A stretch of DNA of 64,000 bases, taken from assembly GCA_964016885.1 (NCBI GenBank), contig OZ024743.1, forward strand, positions 125,116,001 to 125,180,000, in the 5' to 3' direction. The notes below the pieces were generated by a model. The model was not told the origin of the DNA. It worked only from the letters and a program-made list of their open reading frames with translations, and did not search any database. This stretch comes from Eledone cirrhosa. Its lineage: Eukaryota. Each line of letters starts with the position of its first letter. Position 1 is the first letter of the stretch. Positions 51,285 through 64,000 of this stretch are shown one piece after another. Both the position numbers and the translations under genes were made by a program.

Positions 51285-52687
51285 ATACAAATGAATATAT
51301 GATAGGGATGGACACTGATACAAGTATACATGTGTTCGCAATGCAAATGACTAAGTTAGCTAGGTTGAAAAATACTAATTAAAATAATACGGTTTGCCTG
51401 TCTCGATTTAAAATAATCTATATATATAAAACTGTGGTTGTCTGTCTGTCTATCGATTTTTGGCACACATCTCCTCTTAGAATCTCTCACGGAATTGCAC
51501 CGAAATTGCTATACTTGTACATTGAGCCCTAGCGAAGACATCGGGAAAAAAAATTTCAAATTGACCCACCCTATGTGACGAAATCGAATATAATGTATCG
51601 ATTTTTGAGCGTAAGTTCTCAGTTATTTCCCTTTGTTCTGTTTACATTGAGCGTCTGCGTGCAAAAATTAAAAAAATTACGCTGGCTTTCTCAGCGTTTA
51701 AAATGACATTAACACAATACACGATTTAAAGACTACGTAAAACAAGCCTTTTAAAACAATATTTTTACTTGAAAACAAGTCTATTTAAAAACTACTTAAA
51801 ACAAGCAAATATTTCGTAAAAAAAAGCAAAAATTATATAAGTTTATATAAAATATATGTATCTGTAAATTTCGTTAGGCGTGCAGACAGATAGTCGTTCA
51901 GAGAGGTGATATAGGCGTGCAGACAGACAGTCGTGCAGAGAGGTGATATAGGCGTGCAGACAGACAGTCGTGCAGAGAGGTGATATAGGCGTGCAGACAG
52001 ACATAACTGATAATTTGGTTACGTTAATGTTTTTCTCTGCGTTGCAGTGTTTACATTTTCGATCTTTGTTAATAAATAACCAGTGCAGTTTCTATCCCCA
52101 GCATCCTCTTTTGTTATAACATTCGGGTTATCGTTATGTTTTCTTAACTTCATAAGGCATATTGTTGGTTGAGGGAATATTAATCAAAAACACCACATGC
52201 AAGTCTGCACAGTAGACACTACAGTTTTTAAGCCAAGAAAGAAACTTAACATTGTAACTTTAACACAGCTACTGAGCGACCCCGAGCAACGCCGGGCTTT
52301 ACTGCTAGTAAATCAATAAAAACAAACCTATATTGGCAATAGCCGTGATACCCGGACAAATTTTAAGTTACTATTCCTGTACTCTTTTGCAGGTATCCAG
52401 AAATTGGTAAGTTTCACTTCAAAATACTTAAGAAGACTGAGAGAAATGTGTTATTGAGCGAAGAGCACAGGAATAGTAACTTTCACTTAATTGTTGCGAA
52501 ACAAATTAAAAATGTGTCCGGCTATTGCCAATATAGGTTTGTTTTTATTGATTTATTATTTTAAATCGAGACAGGCAAACCGTATTATTTTAATTAGTAT
52601 TTTTCAATCTAGCTAACTTGGTCATTTGCAATGCGAACACATGTATACTTGTATCAGTGTCCATCCCTATCATATATTCATTTGTAT
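51285..52687. mobile_element. Fold-back element whose left arm is split by a Helitron
   Basis: 51285-51416 plus 52309-52345 is the reverse complement of 52519-52687. Confidence 0.85.
51417..52308 (+). mobile_element. Non-autonomous Helitron
   Basis: 5' TC, subterminal hairpin cccgagcaacgccggg and 3' CTAG. Inserted between A and T with no TSD. Contains a 36-bp minisatellite at ~51876-52002. Confidence 0.92.
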
Positions 52688-52795
52688 TACACGGCTCGGA
52701 AATATTCCTTTCTTTGAGCTATTTAATTGTAAAAGACTATTTTGAGTTTATAACTATACATATATATATATATATATGAAATAGCAGGAGGAGGG

Positions 52796-52831
52796 TCTTA
52801 ACGTTTCGGACGCTAGTCCTTCTTCAGAAGA
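52796..52831 (-). ncRNA. Minimal hammerhead ribozyme in a ~115-bp insert between TA runs
   Basis: tctt CTGAAGA a ggac-tagc-gtcc GAAAC GTT aaga. Confidence 0.85.
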
Positions 52832-52888
52832 AAGAATGAGAAATTAGAGAGATTGAAGGGATGGGCGGGGTGGAATTGGAAAAAATGT

Positions 52889-52934
<46 letters not shown>

Positions 52935-52940
<6 letters not shown>

Positions 52941-53100
52941 TAATATAGAAATGGTTTATACAGGACTAGAACTGATGATTTATTCGAATGAAACAGTTCT
53001 AGTCCTGTAGAAGCCATTTCTATATTAAATTTGATGTTTATACTCTACTAATGTATTGAGAACTTTACTTACTGTGGTTACCGCCAATTGAACCCGGGAC
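52935..53100 (+). mobile_element. Short fold-back element with a hammerhead core in its loop (family of 17806-18343)
   Basis: ~35-bp arms. CTGATGA...GAAACAG..CTGTA at 52972-53009. The tail matches the reverse complement of 17811-17870. Confidence 0.8.
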
Positions 53101-53112
53101 TCACACACACAC

Positions 53113-53169
<57 letters not shown>

Positions 53170-53489
53170 GAGCACCACCATATAATCTTCCTATTTATAA
53201 TTGAATGTGCGTAAATCTAGAAACAAAACACCCTAAACAAGGCAGAAAATAAATAAAAAGTCATTAAAATGAAACCAGTTATTTTGTATTTAACTTTTAT
53301 TTATTTTATTTTTTCTGGTTTATTATTGTACAAAACAAATATTTTTAATTCAAAATACACTCACTCCATTCAACCTCCCACCTTGAAACCAAACACGAGA
53401 GAAAGACAAATATTTTGCGTTGGAAGAAATATTTACGAAAATTTAATATGCAAATCATTTTTTTTTTTTTTTTTTTCTATTTAGCAATT

Positions 53490-54002
53490 ATCCGGCTAAT
53501 GTGTGGAGTCGTTAGGACAACATTCATTGCCGAATTTATTCTGACTGTCTGTGCTTGAGTTCAAATCCCACCGAGGTTAGATTTTCTTTTCATCCTAGCA
53601 GAGTCGATTTAATCGACTTTCCCCTTCTCCAAAATCGTTGGCCTTATACCTAAATCAGGAACCATTATTCATGCTTTGCAGCATAGAGTTACATCCTTTA
53701 CGATCTGAGTTCAAACCCCGCCGAGGTTAACTTTGCCTTTCATTCTTACGGGGGTCGATAAAATAAAGTTCCAGTAATGCACTGGTATAATTGCTGACCT
53801 TGTGCCAAAAGTAGAAACAATTATTATAATCATGCCTACACCACATGTGAAATAGCAGAGCCGTTAGAGCGCTGGATAAAATGCTTTAAATACATACTGT
53901 ATTCTCTCTCTCTCTCTCTCTCTCTCTGTATATATATATCTGAACTCAGAGTTCAGTTCCCACTGAGGTCAACTTTGCTATTCATCCTTTGGAGATTGAT
54001 AA
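53490..54002 (+). mobile_element. Cluster of three tRNA-derived SINEs
   Basis: B boxes at ~53557, ~53707 and ~53950, each followed by the shared body. Confidence 0.75.
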
Positions 54003-54899
54003 GTTCAGTCATGGTTGATGGATTACCGGAATTGTTAAAAGAGTCTTGCAATATTTGTTTCGGCTCCAATACTGAGCACACCATTATCTAATGTTCCTTT
54101 AAAAATACAGAGAAATGGTTTGAAGAAACGGTATTTCTATACTGGACGTATAAGGGATTTAAAGAATCATTTTTTTCAAAACTGGAAGTGCCCACTATTT
54201 CTTTGAAAGTAGAGTGAGACGATTTAAACAATCGAGATTTCAATGTTGGTCATAACATTATCTAATGTTTCTCTGAAAATAGAGCAATTTGATTCGAAGA
54301 CAAGTTGTTGCAGTACCGGGCGAACCTTTATCTAAGATTTGAAGAAACATTATCTCAAAACCGGGATGCTTGGACAGAGAGAATATTTTGATGCCCGGTA
54401 GCGGATGGACAGTAGGGATGGACATGTACACTGGTTCTCACTTGACTTTCACTTTTGGCTCCCGAACATATTACAGCCACACCTAGATAACCGATTCTGT
54501 TGAAAAGCTAAACTTAGGGAGGGTCTGGACGCTTAAAGAAGAGATGGCTACCACAAAACAGTTCTAAGGCCCATTGTAAAATGCCATGATGGACACAGCC
54601 ATACATCAAGTGTGGGAAAAAACGAGTAGCCGCACCTGAACTACAGGAACCTGATTTGATTTGCTTGTCCTACTCTTTGATCTTAAATTTGAGTTGCTTA
54701 CTGCACATAAACTCCTCAAGCTGTCACCCATCTAAGTACAAACTAGGCTTTTCATGCTGAATCCTCCTGAGAACTACGTTAGGAGTGCACATGTCTGTGG
54801 AATGTGCAGCCATTTACACATTAATTTCACGGGCAGGCAGTTCTGTTAATTGAATCAACTAGAGCACTCGTCGTCGGAGATCCAACAACAATTTTTTGA

Positions 54900-55505
54900 T
54901 CTACAAACGTATTCCTATATAAGTTATTGACTAGCATTTGTTGACTTCTCTGGGTTCTTTTTTAATTTAAATATTTATCGCAGAAGGGATTTGACTACAG
55001 ACAGTTTATATCTAAGTGGACATCCATTGTCCTCGTGTACATCTAGGCCTTTATTGCTATTTCTCGTGTAGTCAAATCTGCTATATGAGTTGCGCTTTAT
55101 TTCTAGGTCGTGTCATCTGAAGGTATTCCAGAATTAAATTTGAGGGTGTAACTATTTAAAAAAATCTATAATTCTATCCACCTCTTCCATTACGTTTATC
55201 ACAATGGATACGTTATGGACATACTCGATAATGACCTTGTTATACACGAGAATGTCCTTTTTTTAACGGTGTCCAAGTAGAACCCTGTAACTATGTGTCC
55301 GAGTAGTGAACCCATAGCTACTCCGTCTTTGTGATTATATAGATTGCCTCGTGACAAACAGAAGAACACTTCAATTGCGTAGGCCAGCAGGAATTTTCTT
55401 AGGGTGTTTCTTGGCATATTAGGTGCCTTTATTATTGGTTGTTTATACATATTTCCTACTAGTGTGCCTATGGTTTCAATTATTGGAACATCATTGCAGT
55501 ACATT
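54900..55505 (-). pseudogene. Degenerate Penelope/Poseidon-type RT fragment
   Basis: DVPIIETI and LYNHKDGVAMGSLLG motifs. Frameshifted. Confidence 0.7.
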
Positions 55506-56049
55506 ACAACAAACCTGCCAACCTCAAAAACCTAAACGGGGAGAAATGAGGAGATTTTACATAGTGAAAGCTATACTCATTTTCACAAAAGAAGACATCT
55601 CTCACCCAAAAGTGAGTGCGAGATCTCCTTGTAAGGCGGAGAGAGCTGACGGGTTTGTTACAATACATGATACGAAGTAAAACTGGATAGATAATATATA
55701 GAATTCCTGAAAAGAATTCTACAAAAAAGTAGAAGTATAGCTATACAAGCTTTCAAAAGTAAAATAGATAGAAACTAAAATTTAACACACAGACAGAGCA
55801 TTCTAGTAATAAACTAAAAATAGTGTATTGTTGTTTAAATAAATTAGAATTAAGCTTTAACAAAATTTTTAATCTGGTTCAAATCAATAGGAACATTTCA
55901 ATGGACCTTGCAGTTGGCTAAAAAACAATCACTATCACCTACTTCGGTTGAGGCAGAACGATATTGTTCGAAACTAGACATAAAGAACTAATTAGGATAT
56001 ATAAAGAATCTTTCAATATGTATGTATCTATGGTCCCGTAACTCCTGAT

Positions 56050-56573
56050 ATGGCTATAAAATTGAGGCTTGTTTGCATAATTGCAAACGAATCGAATATT
56101 ATTATTAATATTCAAAAAACTTAGATTACATTTATTGTATTCAGCCATGTAGAGCGGACAGTTTTTTTTTAAATTTGAATATGGCAAAACCGGCCATTGA
56201 TCGCTCGGATACAGGAAACTGACTAGCCAGTCTGCTGATATGCAAATCTGGTTGATCAGTGGATCTGCTAATATGCAGATCTGACTGATCAGCCAGTCTG
56301 CTAATATGCAAATCAGGCCGATCAGTCACTGTATTTTTTAGAAAATATCATATATTTCCACTAGCTCTGACAGTTGGTAGGTGAACAGTGAACTGTACTG
56401 ATGAAGGGTAATACCCAGAAACATTAGTGTCTGCAGTTCTGTTTACATGCCAACAGAAGAGCAAGAATGAGGAACTCATTCTATTGACATGGCTTTAAAA
56501 ATTAGGCTTGTTTGCATAATTGCAAACGAATCGAATATTATTATTAATATTCGAAAAACTCAGATTACATTTA
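56050..56573 (+). mobile_element. Retrozyme-like non-coding element: ~80-bp terminal direct repeats ~440 bp apart, with internal hammerhead
   Basis: aggcttgtttgcataattgcaaacgaatcg...gattacattta at ~56064 and ~56504. Internal 33-bp tandem repeat at 56220-56330. Confidence 0.75.
56390..56439 (+). ncRNA. Type I hammerhead ribozyme
   Basis: gaactgta CTGATGA a gggt-aat-accc a GAAAC A-ttag-T GTC tgcagttc. 8-bp stem I and GUC triplet. Confidence 0.88.
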
Positions 56574-56595
56574 TATATATATATATATATATATA

Positions 56596-57099
56596 CTAGC
56601 TGAATTACCCGCGCCTTGCTGCGTTTCACACATTTTTTTTTTTTTTGTAAGAAAATGATGATTGATTTTAAATCAGTGATATAATTTATGGAGAAAATCT
56701 CTGCAATTCAATATTACTCAATGTAAAATGTAATGCATGAAAAATTGGAAAACGTAATTTTTTGTAATATATCAAATCAAAATTACATTATTTAATTTTA
56801 TTCTTATTTTGTTTCTTGTAAATAATTTTTTTCAAAATATCAATCCAAAACTTTTGTGAATAGGCATCATATCTTGTCATTTACCTATGGTTTAAATTTC
56901 ATATAAATCGAAGAGAAAATATTTTCAGCTGGGGTTTTATGCCCCCGAGGAACCCTTTGATTAAAATGAAATATACTTATCCAAGTACCCTGGGCAATGT
57001 AGTTTCAGAATATATATGGTTACGGGGGTCTATCTCCAAAGCTATAGGAGTAGCTCATGAACAAACAAACAGACGGGAATACAACTTTATATATATAGA
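56596..57099 (-). mobile_element. Non-autonomous Helitron
   Basis: Minus strand starts TCTATATATATAAAG and ends with a GC-rich segment plus CTAG. A/T flanks. Confidence 0.75.
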
Positions 57100-57264
57100 T
57101 ATATACTGTACATGCGTGTGTTTGTGTATTTTTTTATACCAGTCCGCCTGAAGTCGACCCTAGTTTTATGATACAAAATTGTATATTTTAAAGCGTGTTT
57201 ATTTATCTCAGATCCTTCCATCGTAATTTTATGTAAGAACCTTTGTTACGTTCTTAACCAACTT

Positions 57265-57596
57265 AATAATTATTTCTACTTTAGGCACAAGGCTAACAAT
57301 TTGAAGGGGGGGGGTCGATTAAATCGACTTCAGTGCATTACTGGTACTTTATTTCATCGACCCTGTAAGGATGAAAGGCAAAGCTAACCTCGGCGGGATT
57401 TGAACTCAGAACGTAAAGGTCTGTAACTCTATGTCGTGAAGCATGTTGTCCGGTACTCTACCGATACTGCCAATCCACCGCCTTTGTGTACACCAACTTA
57501 ATAATTGTTTCTACTTTTGGCACAAGGCCAACAATTACTCCAGTGCATTACTGGTACTTTATTTTATCGACCTGTATGGATGAAAGGCAAAGTTAA
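57265..57596 (-). mobile_element. One full and one partial tRNA-derived SINE
   Basis: Reverse complement of the 58630-58822 family. Confidence 0.85.
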
Positions 57597-58516
57597 AGTT
57601 AGTTATATTACTAAATCCTACCAAATCTTTGGTTATTTTCAAAATAATTTTTAAAATCACAGGCAGTGTCTTTCATTAAAAATATGGTATTGATAGGGTT
57701 AACGATTTTTATCGTCTATTTTGTGATTATTAGGTTCTGATTATAAGATGCCATTCTTACTAGGCAGATTGTTTTTAAGGTAATATTTGTGTATTTCTTG
57801 TTTACTTCACGCTTAATGACAATATTTGAATATCGTATTTTCTAAATATTTTCTAATTTTATAAAGTTCCATTCTGGTGTTTTAGAAATATTTTCGTTGT
57901 TATTTGCTTTTGTATGATTTTCTTCTTTCTCTGGCCTATTACTTAAAACTCACACATAAAATGATAAAATACCAGGCCTTTATTCGAATTTTGACAGACA
58001 CCATCAATTAAATTTGACCATTTGATGGGTACATTTTACCGAATGTTATCGGGTAAGTCTTATTCTCTTTATATATGTATAGTATTTAACTGATTTCAGT
58101 TATTAAACTGCTATCAAACTGTGGGACCGCCTTGATTTAGTTAAACATGTCACTCATAGAATTTTTTAAAATCTGGCACTCATCGGTATCTTTTTAATTG
58201 AACAGCTAAGTAACACAGACACAAATGTAAACATAAATATGAATAAGGACACACACGCGCGCGCGCTCTCACATACATATCAATAACAAATTCCATTCAC
58301 TAAGTATAGGTCAACCCGAAGAGTGGGACTGAACCCAGAACTACGCTGTTGCGAAGCGGACTCCGTGAGAAAATTATGTATTTTGACTATATGTCAACAT
58401 GCATTTATCTGGGATTGATTACTTACACTTAGACCCACTTGAAAATATTTACTATTTTATATTTTATGATGCATCATACGCTATATACAATGTACCATAC
58501 TGCACTATATTATATA

Positions 58517-58822
58517 TCCCGCCGAGGTTGACTTTGCCTTTCATCCTTACGGGGTCGATAAAATAAAGTACCAGTAATGCACTGGGTAATTGCTGGCCTT
58601 GTGCCTAAAGTAGAAACAATTATATTATTAGGGCGGTGGATTGGCAGTATCGGTAGAGAGTCGGACACCATGCTTTGAAGCATAGAGTTATGTCCCTTTA
58701 TGATCTGAGTTCAAATCCCGCCGAGGTTAACTTTGCCTTTCATCCTTACGGGGTCGATAAAATAAAGTACCAGTAATGTACTGGGTAATTGCCGGCCTTG
58801 TGCCTAAAATAGAAACAATTAT
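58517..58822 (+). mobile_element. Partial plus full tRNA-derived SINE in tandem
   Basis: gggcggtggattggcagtatcggtagag (A box) and gagttcaaatccc (B box). Confidence 0.88.
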
Positions 58823-59164
58823 ATTACATTATATTATATTATTGTATTTTATTATCTTATTATAATTTTCATATTTTAATATACTATCCTTCCTAGTTAT
58901 GACCATTACTTTACCTATCTATATTTATCCTAGTTATTATATTCCTTATTTGATCGATAACGAAATATGCGTACGATGTATTATTATCACCTAGAAACGA
59001 CTTGAATTTTTATTTCATTGTTTTAACTTATATCATGACGCTGTTTTCCTTCTGATGTTTTATTGTTTTCCGGGATTTATTTTAACCTACAACATTTTCA
59101 ACATATGGATTACATTGAGTTCTTCATGCAGACTAAACCCCACAACTAACCGTGGATATTTCTG

Positions 59165-59220
<56 letters not shown>

Positions 59221-59251
59221 TATATAAATGTATATATATATATATATATAA

Positions 59252-59285
<34 letters not shown>

Positions 59286-59303
59286 GTATATATATATATA
59301 TAA

Positions 59304-59385
<82 letters not shown>

Positions 59386-59546
59386 GTAAGTCCAAAGAAT
59401 CATTAGATAAAATATATACAGTATTTCCTCTCCCAATCAATATAAATTAACCTCATAAAAAATCATTTAAACGAGGCTATAAGTTTAAAATGTACTTATG
59501 ACGAAATAATAGACAAATGATACAGATTCTTTTCCGCGATGTACAT

Positions 59547-59912
59547 CCATATGACACTTACCTAGTGTTTCTTCTAGCCTGTAGAAATTGACTAGACAAA
59601 TAGTTAACTACACAGAATTAGGTACAAAATCGAATGCCTTGACCACTGGCCACGTGCTGGTTCTTAGCCATTTTGAATTCATTTCTGGCTGGGATCATGG
59701 TAGAAGAATCTTAGTCGAGTCTGGGCATCTCCTGATGAGTTCCGAGCCTCGTGGATGTATCCAAGACCGGGTATATCAAAAAAGTGGAACGAAACCACTG
59801 GTTGGTAGAGACTATGAGAATTCTGGTAAAATTTATGTGCATTCCGTATAGTTAACTATTTGTCTAGTCAATTTCTACAGGCTAGACGAAATAATTAGGT
59901 AGTGTCATATGG
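59547..59912 (+). mobile_element. Fold-back element (~65-bp arms) with a hammerhead in the spacer
   Basis: 59547-59611 is inverted at 59849-59912. Confidence 0.78.
59728..59811 (+). ncRNA. Hammerhead motif with long stem II and weak stem I
   Basis: CTGATGA gttcc...ggaac GAAAC CACTG GTT. Confidence 0.65.
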
Positions 59913-60039
59913 CTTGGTCTCATTCCCTGCTAACTTTTCAGAAGGCATGATGGGAGAAATTTTACTCAAACATTCGTTTTTGATTTTAATTTTAATGTTA
60001 AACCTTTTTTTACTCCCTTTTTAATTAACTTTTTTCATT

Positions 60040-60082
60040 GAATTTGACAAGATGGGACTTAATACATCGAAACCGGTAATTT
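60040..60082 (+). ncRNA. Minimal hammerhead with U3-A8 variant core
   Basis: gaat TTGACAA gatg-ggacttaata-catc GAAAC CG GTA attt. Confidence 0.62.
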
Positions 60083-60245
60083 TCTCATACACTTCATGAA
60101 AAAATTTTCAAAAAAGAATTGTCCCTCTCTTTTTTTAATAACATTATCTTTTTAATAACACTATCTTCTCAATAATGTCACTTTGACGAATCAAAACAGA
60201 AAAACAGACCCTTAAACATATCTCCCGTGCTATTTCCAAATTCAT

Positions 60246-60382
<137 letters not shown>

Positions 60383-60424
60383 CCCCAGCATGGCCTCAGC
60401 CGGATGGCTGAAACAGGTAAAAGA

Positions 60425-60458
<34 letters not shown>

Positions 60459-60531
60459 ATAATAATAAAATTGATTCTTTGCTTAAACTTTAATCTGTTA
60501 TTTTAATAAATATATATATATATATAGATAT

Positions 60532-60604
<73 letters not shown>

Positions 60605-60630
60605 CATATATATATATATATATATATATT

Positions 60631-60668
<38 letters not shown>

Positions 60669-60669
60669 C

Positions 60670-61431
<762 letters not shown>

Positions 61432-61798
61432 TATATATATATACAGCAGGTGTGATGTGTTTTGGTCAATTTTAGAATTCTTTTGTTCAAGAAGAATGTT
61501 TTTAGAAGGTGTGTTTGTGAGCAGCGCATTAGGGGTACAATTTGTTTGGGTCACTTAAGCTTGGATTCTTTTGTCCAAAAGAATGTGTCCCTAGCAATTT
61601 TTAGTACCAAAAACGAATTTGTGTGTGTGTGTGTGTGTTTGTGTGTGTGTCTGTGCGTGTGCGTGTGCGTGTGTAGTTAGTTTCTCAGTAGGAAAACAGA
61701 ATAAAGGATTTTCCACTCGCTATCTCAACTCACTACTACCACCAACCGCTTTCAACACTCCCCCATTCCTACACATATTTCTCTTAAGTAAAAACTTC

Positions 61799-64000
61799 CA
61801 TGCGCTGAATTGTCTTTAGGCTAAATTGTCATGCGCTGAATTGTCTTTAGGTTAAATTGCCATGCGCTGAATTGTCTTTAGGCTAAATTGCCATGCGCTG
61901 AATTGTCTTTAGGCTAAATTGCCATGCGCTGAATTGTCTTTAGGCTAAATTGTCATGCGCTGAATTGTCTTTAGGCTAAATTGCCATGCGCTGAATTGTC
62001 TTTAGGCTAAATTGTCATGCGCTGAATTGTCTTTAGGCTAAATTGACATGCGCTGAATTGTCTTTAGGCTAAATTGTCATGCGCTGAATTGTCTTTAGGC
62101 TAAATTGCCATGCGCTGAATTGTCTTTAGGCTAAATTGCCATGCGCTGAATTGTCTTTAGGCTAAATTGCCATGCGCTGAATTGTCTTTAGGCTAAATTG
62201 ACATGCGCTGAATTGTCTTTAGGCTAAATTGTCATGCGCTGAATTGTCTTTAGGCTAAATTGTCATGCGCTGAATTGTCTTTAGGCTAAATTGTCATGCG
62301 CTGAATTGTCTTTAGGCTAAATTGCCATGCGCTGAATTGTCTTTAGGCTAAATTGACATGCGCTGAATTGTCTTTAGGCTAAATTGTCATGCGCTGAATT
62401 GTCTTTAGGCTAAATTGCCATGCGCTGAATTGTCTTTAGGCTAAATTGCCATGCGCTGAATTGTCTTTAGGCTAAATTGACATGCGCTGAATTGTCTTTA
62501 GGCTAAATTGCCATGCGCTGAATTGTCTTTAGGCTAAATTGCCATGCGCTGAATTGTCTTTAGGCTAAATTGCCATGCGCTGAATTGTCTTTAGGCTAAA
62601 TTGCCATGCGCTGAATTGTCTTTAGGCTAAATTGTCATGCGCTGAATTGTCTTTAGGCTAAATTGTCATGCGCTGAATTGTCTTTAGGCTAAATTGTCAT
62701 GCGCTGAATTGTCTTTAGGCTAAATTGTCATGCACTGAATTGTCTTTAGGCTAAATTGCCATGCGCTGAATTGTCTTTAGGCTAAATTGCCATGCGCTGA
62801 ATTGTCTTTAGGCTAAATTGACATGCGCTGAATTGTCTTTAGGCTAAATTGTCATGCGCTGAATTGTCTTTAGGCTAAATTGCCATGCGCTGAATTGTCT
62901 TTAGGCTAAATTGCCATGCGCTGAATTGTCTTTAGGCTAAATTGACATGCGCTGAATTGTCTTTAGGCTAAATTGCCATGCGCTGAATTGTCTTTAGGCT
63001 AAATTGCCATGCGCTGAATTGTCTTTAGGCTAAATTGCCATGCGCTGAATTGTCTTTAGGCTAAATTGCCATGCGCTGAATTGTCTTTAGGCTAAATTGT
63101 CATGCGCTGAATTGTCTTTAGGCTAAATTGTCATGCGCTGAATTGTCTTTAGGCTAAATTGTCATGCGCTGAATTGTCTTTAGGCTAAATTGTCATGCAC
63201 TGAATTGTCTTTAGGCTAAATTGCCATGCGCTGAATTGTCTTTAGGCTAAATTGCCATGCGCTGAATTGTCTTTAGGCTAAATTGACATGCGCTGAATTG
63301 TCTTTAGGCTAAATTGCCATCCGCTGAATTGTCTTTAGGCTAAATTGTCATGCGCTGAATTGTCTTTAGGCTAAATTGTCATGCGCTGAATTGTCTTTAG
63401 GCTAAATTGCCATGCGCTGAATTGTCTTTAGGCTAAATTGACATGCGCTGAATTGTCTTTAGGCTAAATTGTCATGCGCTGAATTGTCTTTAGGCTAAAT
63501 TGCCATGCGCTGAATTGTCTTTAGGCTAAATTGCCATGCGCTGAATTGTCTTTAGGCTAAATTGACATGCGCTGAATTGTCTTTAGGCTAAATTGCCATG
63601 CGCTGAATTGTCTTTAGGCTAAATTGCCATGCGCTGAATTGTCTTTAGGCTAAATTGCCATGCGCTGAATTGTCTTTAGGCTAAATTGCCATGCGCTGAA
63701 TTGTCTTTAGGCTAAATTGTCATGCGCTGAATTGTCTTTAGGCTAAATTGTCATGCGCTGAATTGTCTTTAGGCTAAATTGTCATGCGCTGAATTGTCTT
63801 TAGGCTAAATTGTCATGCACTGAATTGTCTTTAGGCTAAATTGCCATGCGCTGAATTGTCTTTAGGCTAAATTGCCATGCGCTGAATTGTCTTTAGGCTA
63901 AATTGACATGCGCTGAATTGTCTTTAGGCTAAATTGTCATGCGCTGAATTGTCTTTAGGCTAAATTGCCATGCGCTGAATTGTCTTTAGGCTAAATTGCC
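61799..64000. repeat. 31-bp satellite (CATGCGCTGAATTGTCTTTAGGCTAAATTG[T/C/A]), ~71 copies, runs off the window
   Basis: Direct inspection. The unit consists of two related 15/16-bp halves. Confidence 0.98.

Noticed and set aside
52345-52520. Hammerhead in the spacer of the 51285 fold-back
   Set aside because: A GAAAC...GTC half is present, but there is no properly placed CUGANGA or stem I.
46945-58822. tRNA genes suggested by GAGTTCAAATCCC motifs
   Set aside because: No cloverleaf, and each continues into a shared SINE body.
61799-64000. CRISPR-like 31-bp periodicity
   Set aside because: No unique spacers, no cas genes and a eukaryotic context.

Overview
AT-rich metazoan genomic DNA, probably octopus or another cephalopod (inferred from the SINE types, RTE LINE and giant (TA)n/(TACA)n fields). 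About a third of the window is microsatellite, so nearly all long Y/I/M/C/V 'ORFs' in the track are artefacts. The rest is mostly mobile DNA: a near-intact RTE LINE with a 9 x ~402-bp 5' tandem array, fragments of several Penelope-like (PLE) families, RLE-type LINE 3' ends, a Tx1-like end, a deleted mariner, a hAT MITE, Helitrons, tRNA-derived SINEs and a 31-bp satellite. One probable host exon (signal peptide plus GTAAGT donor, minus strand, 28409-28463) is present. The main hidden signal is about 21 type-I hammerhead ribozyme motifs, found and folded by eye. Many lie in short non-coding fold-back or direct-repeat elements inserted in (TA)n. They show stem covariation, U3-A8 compensated cores, extra-nucleotide cores and long stem II insertions. 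No searches were run, so clade names are provisional.
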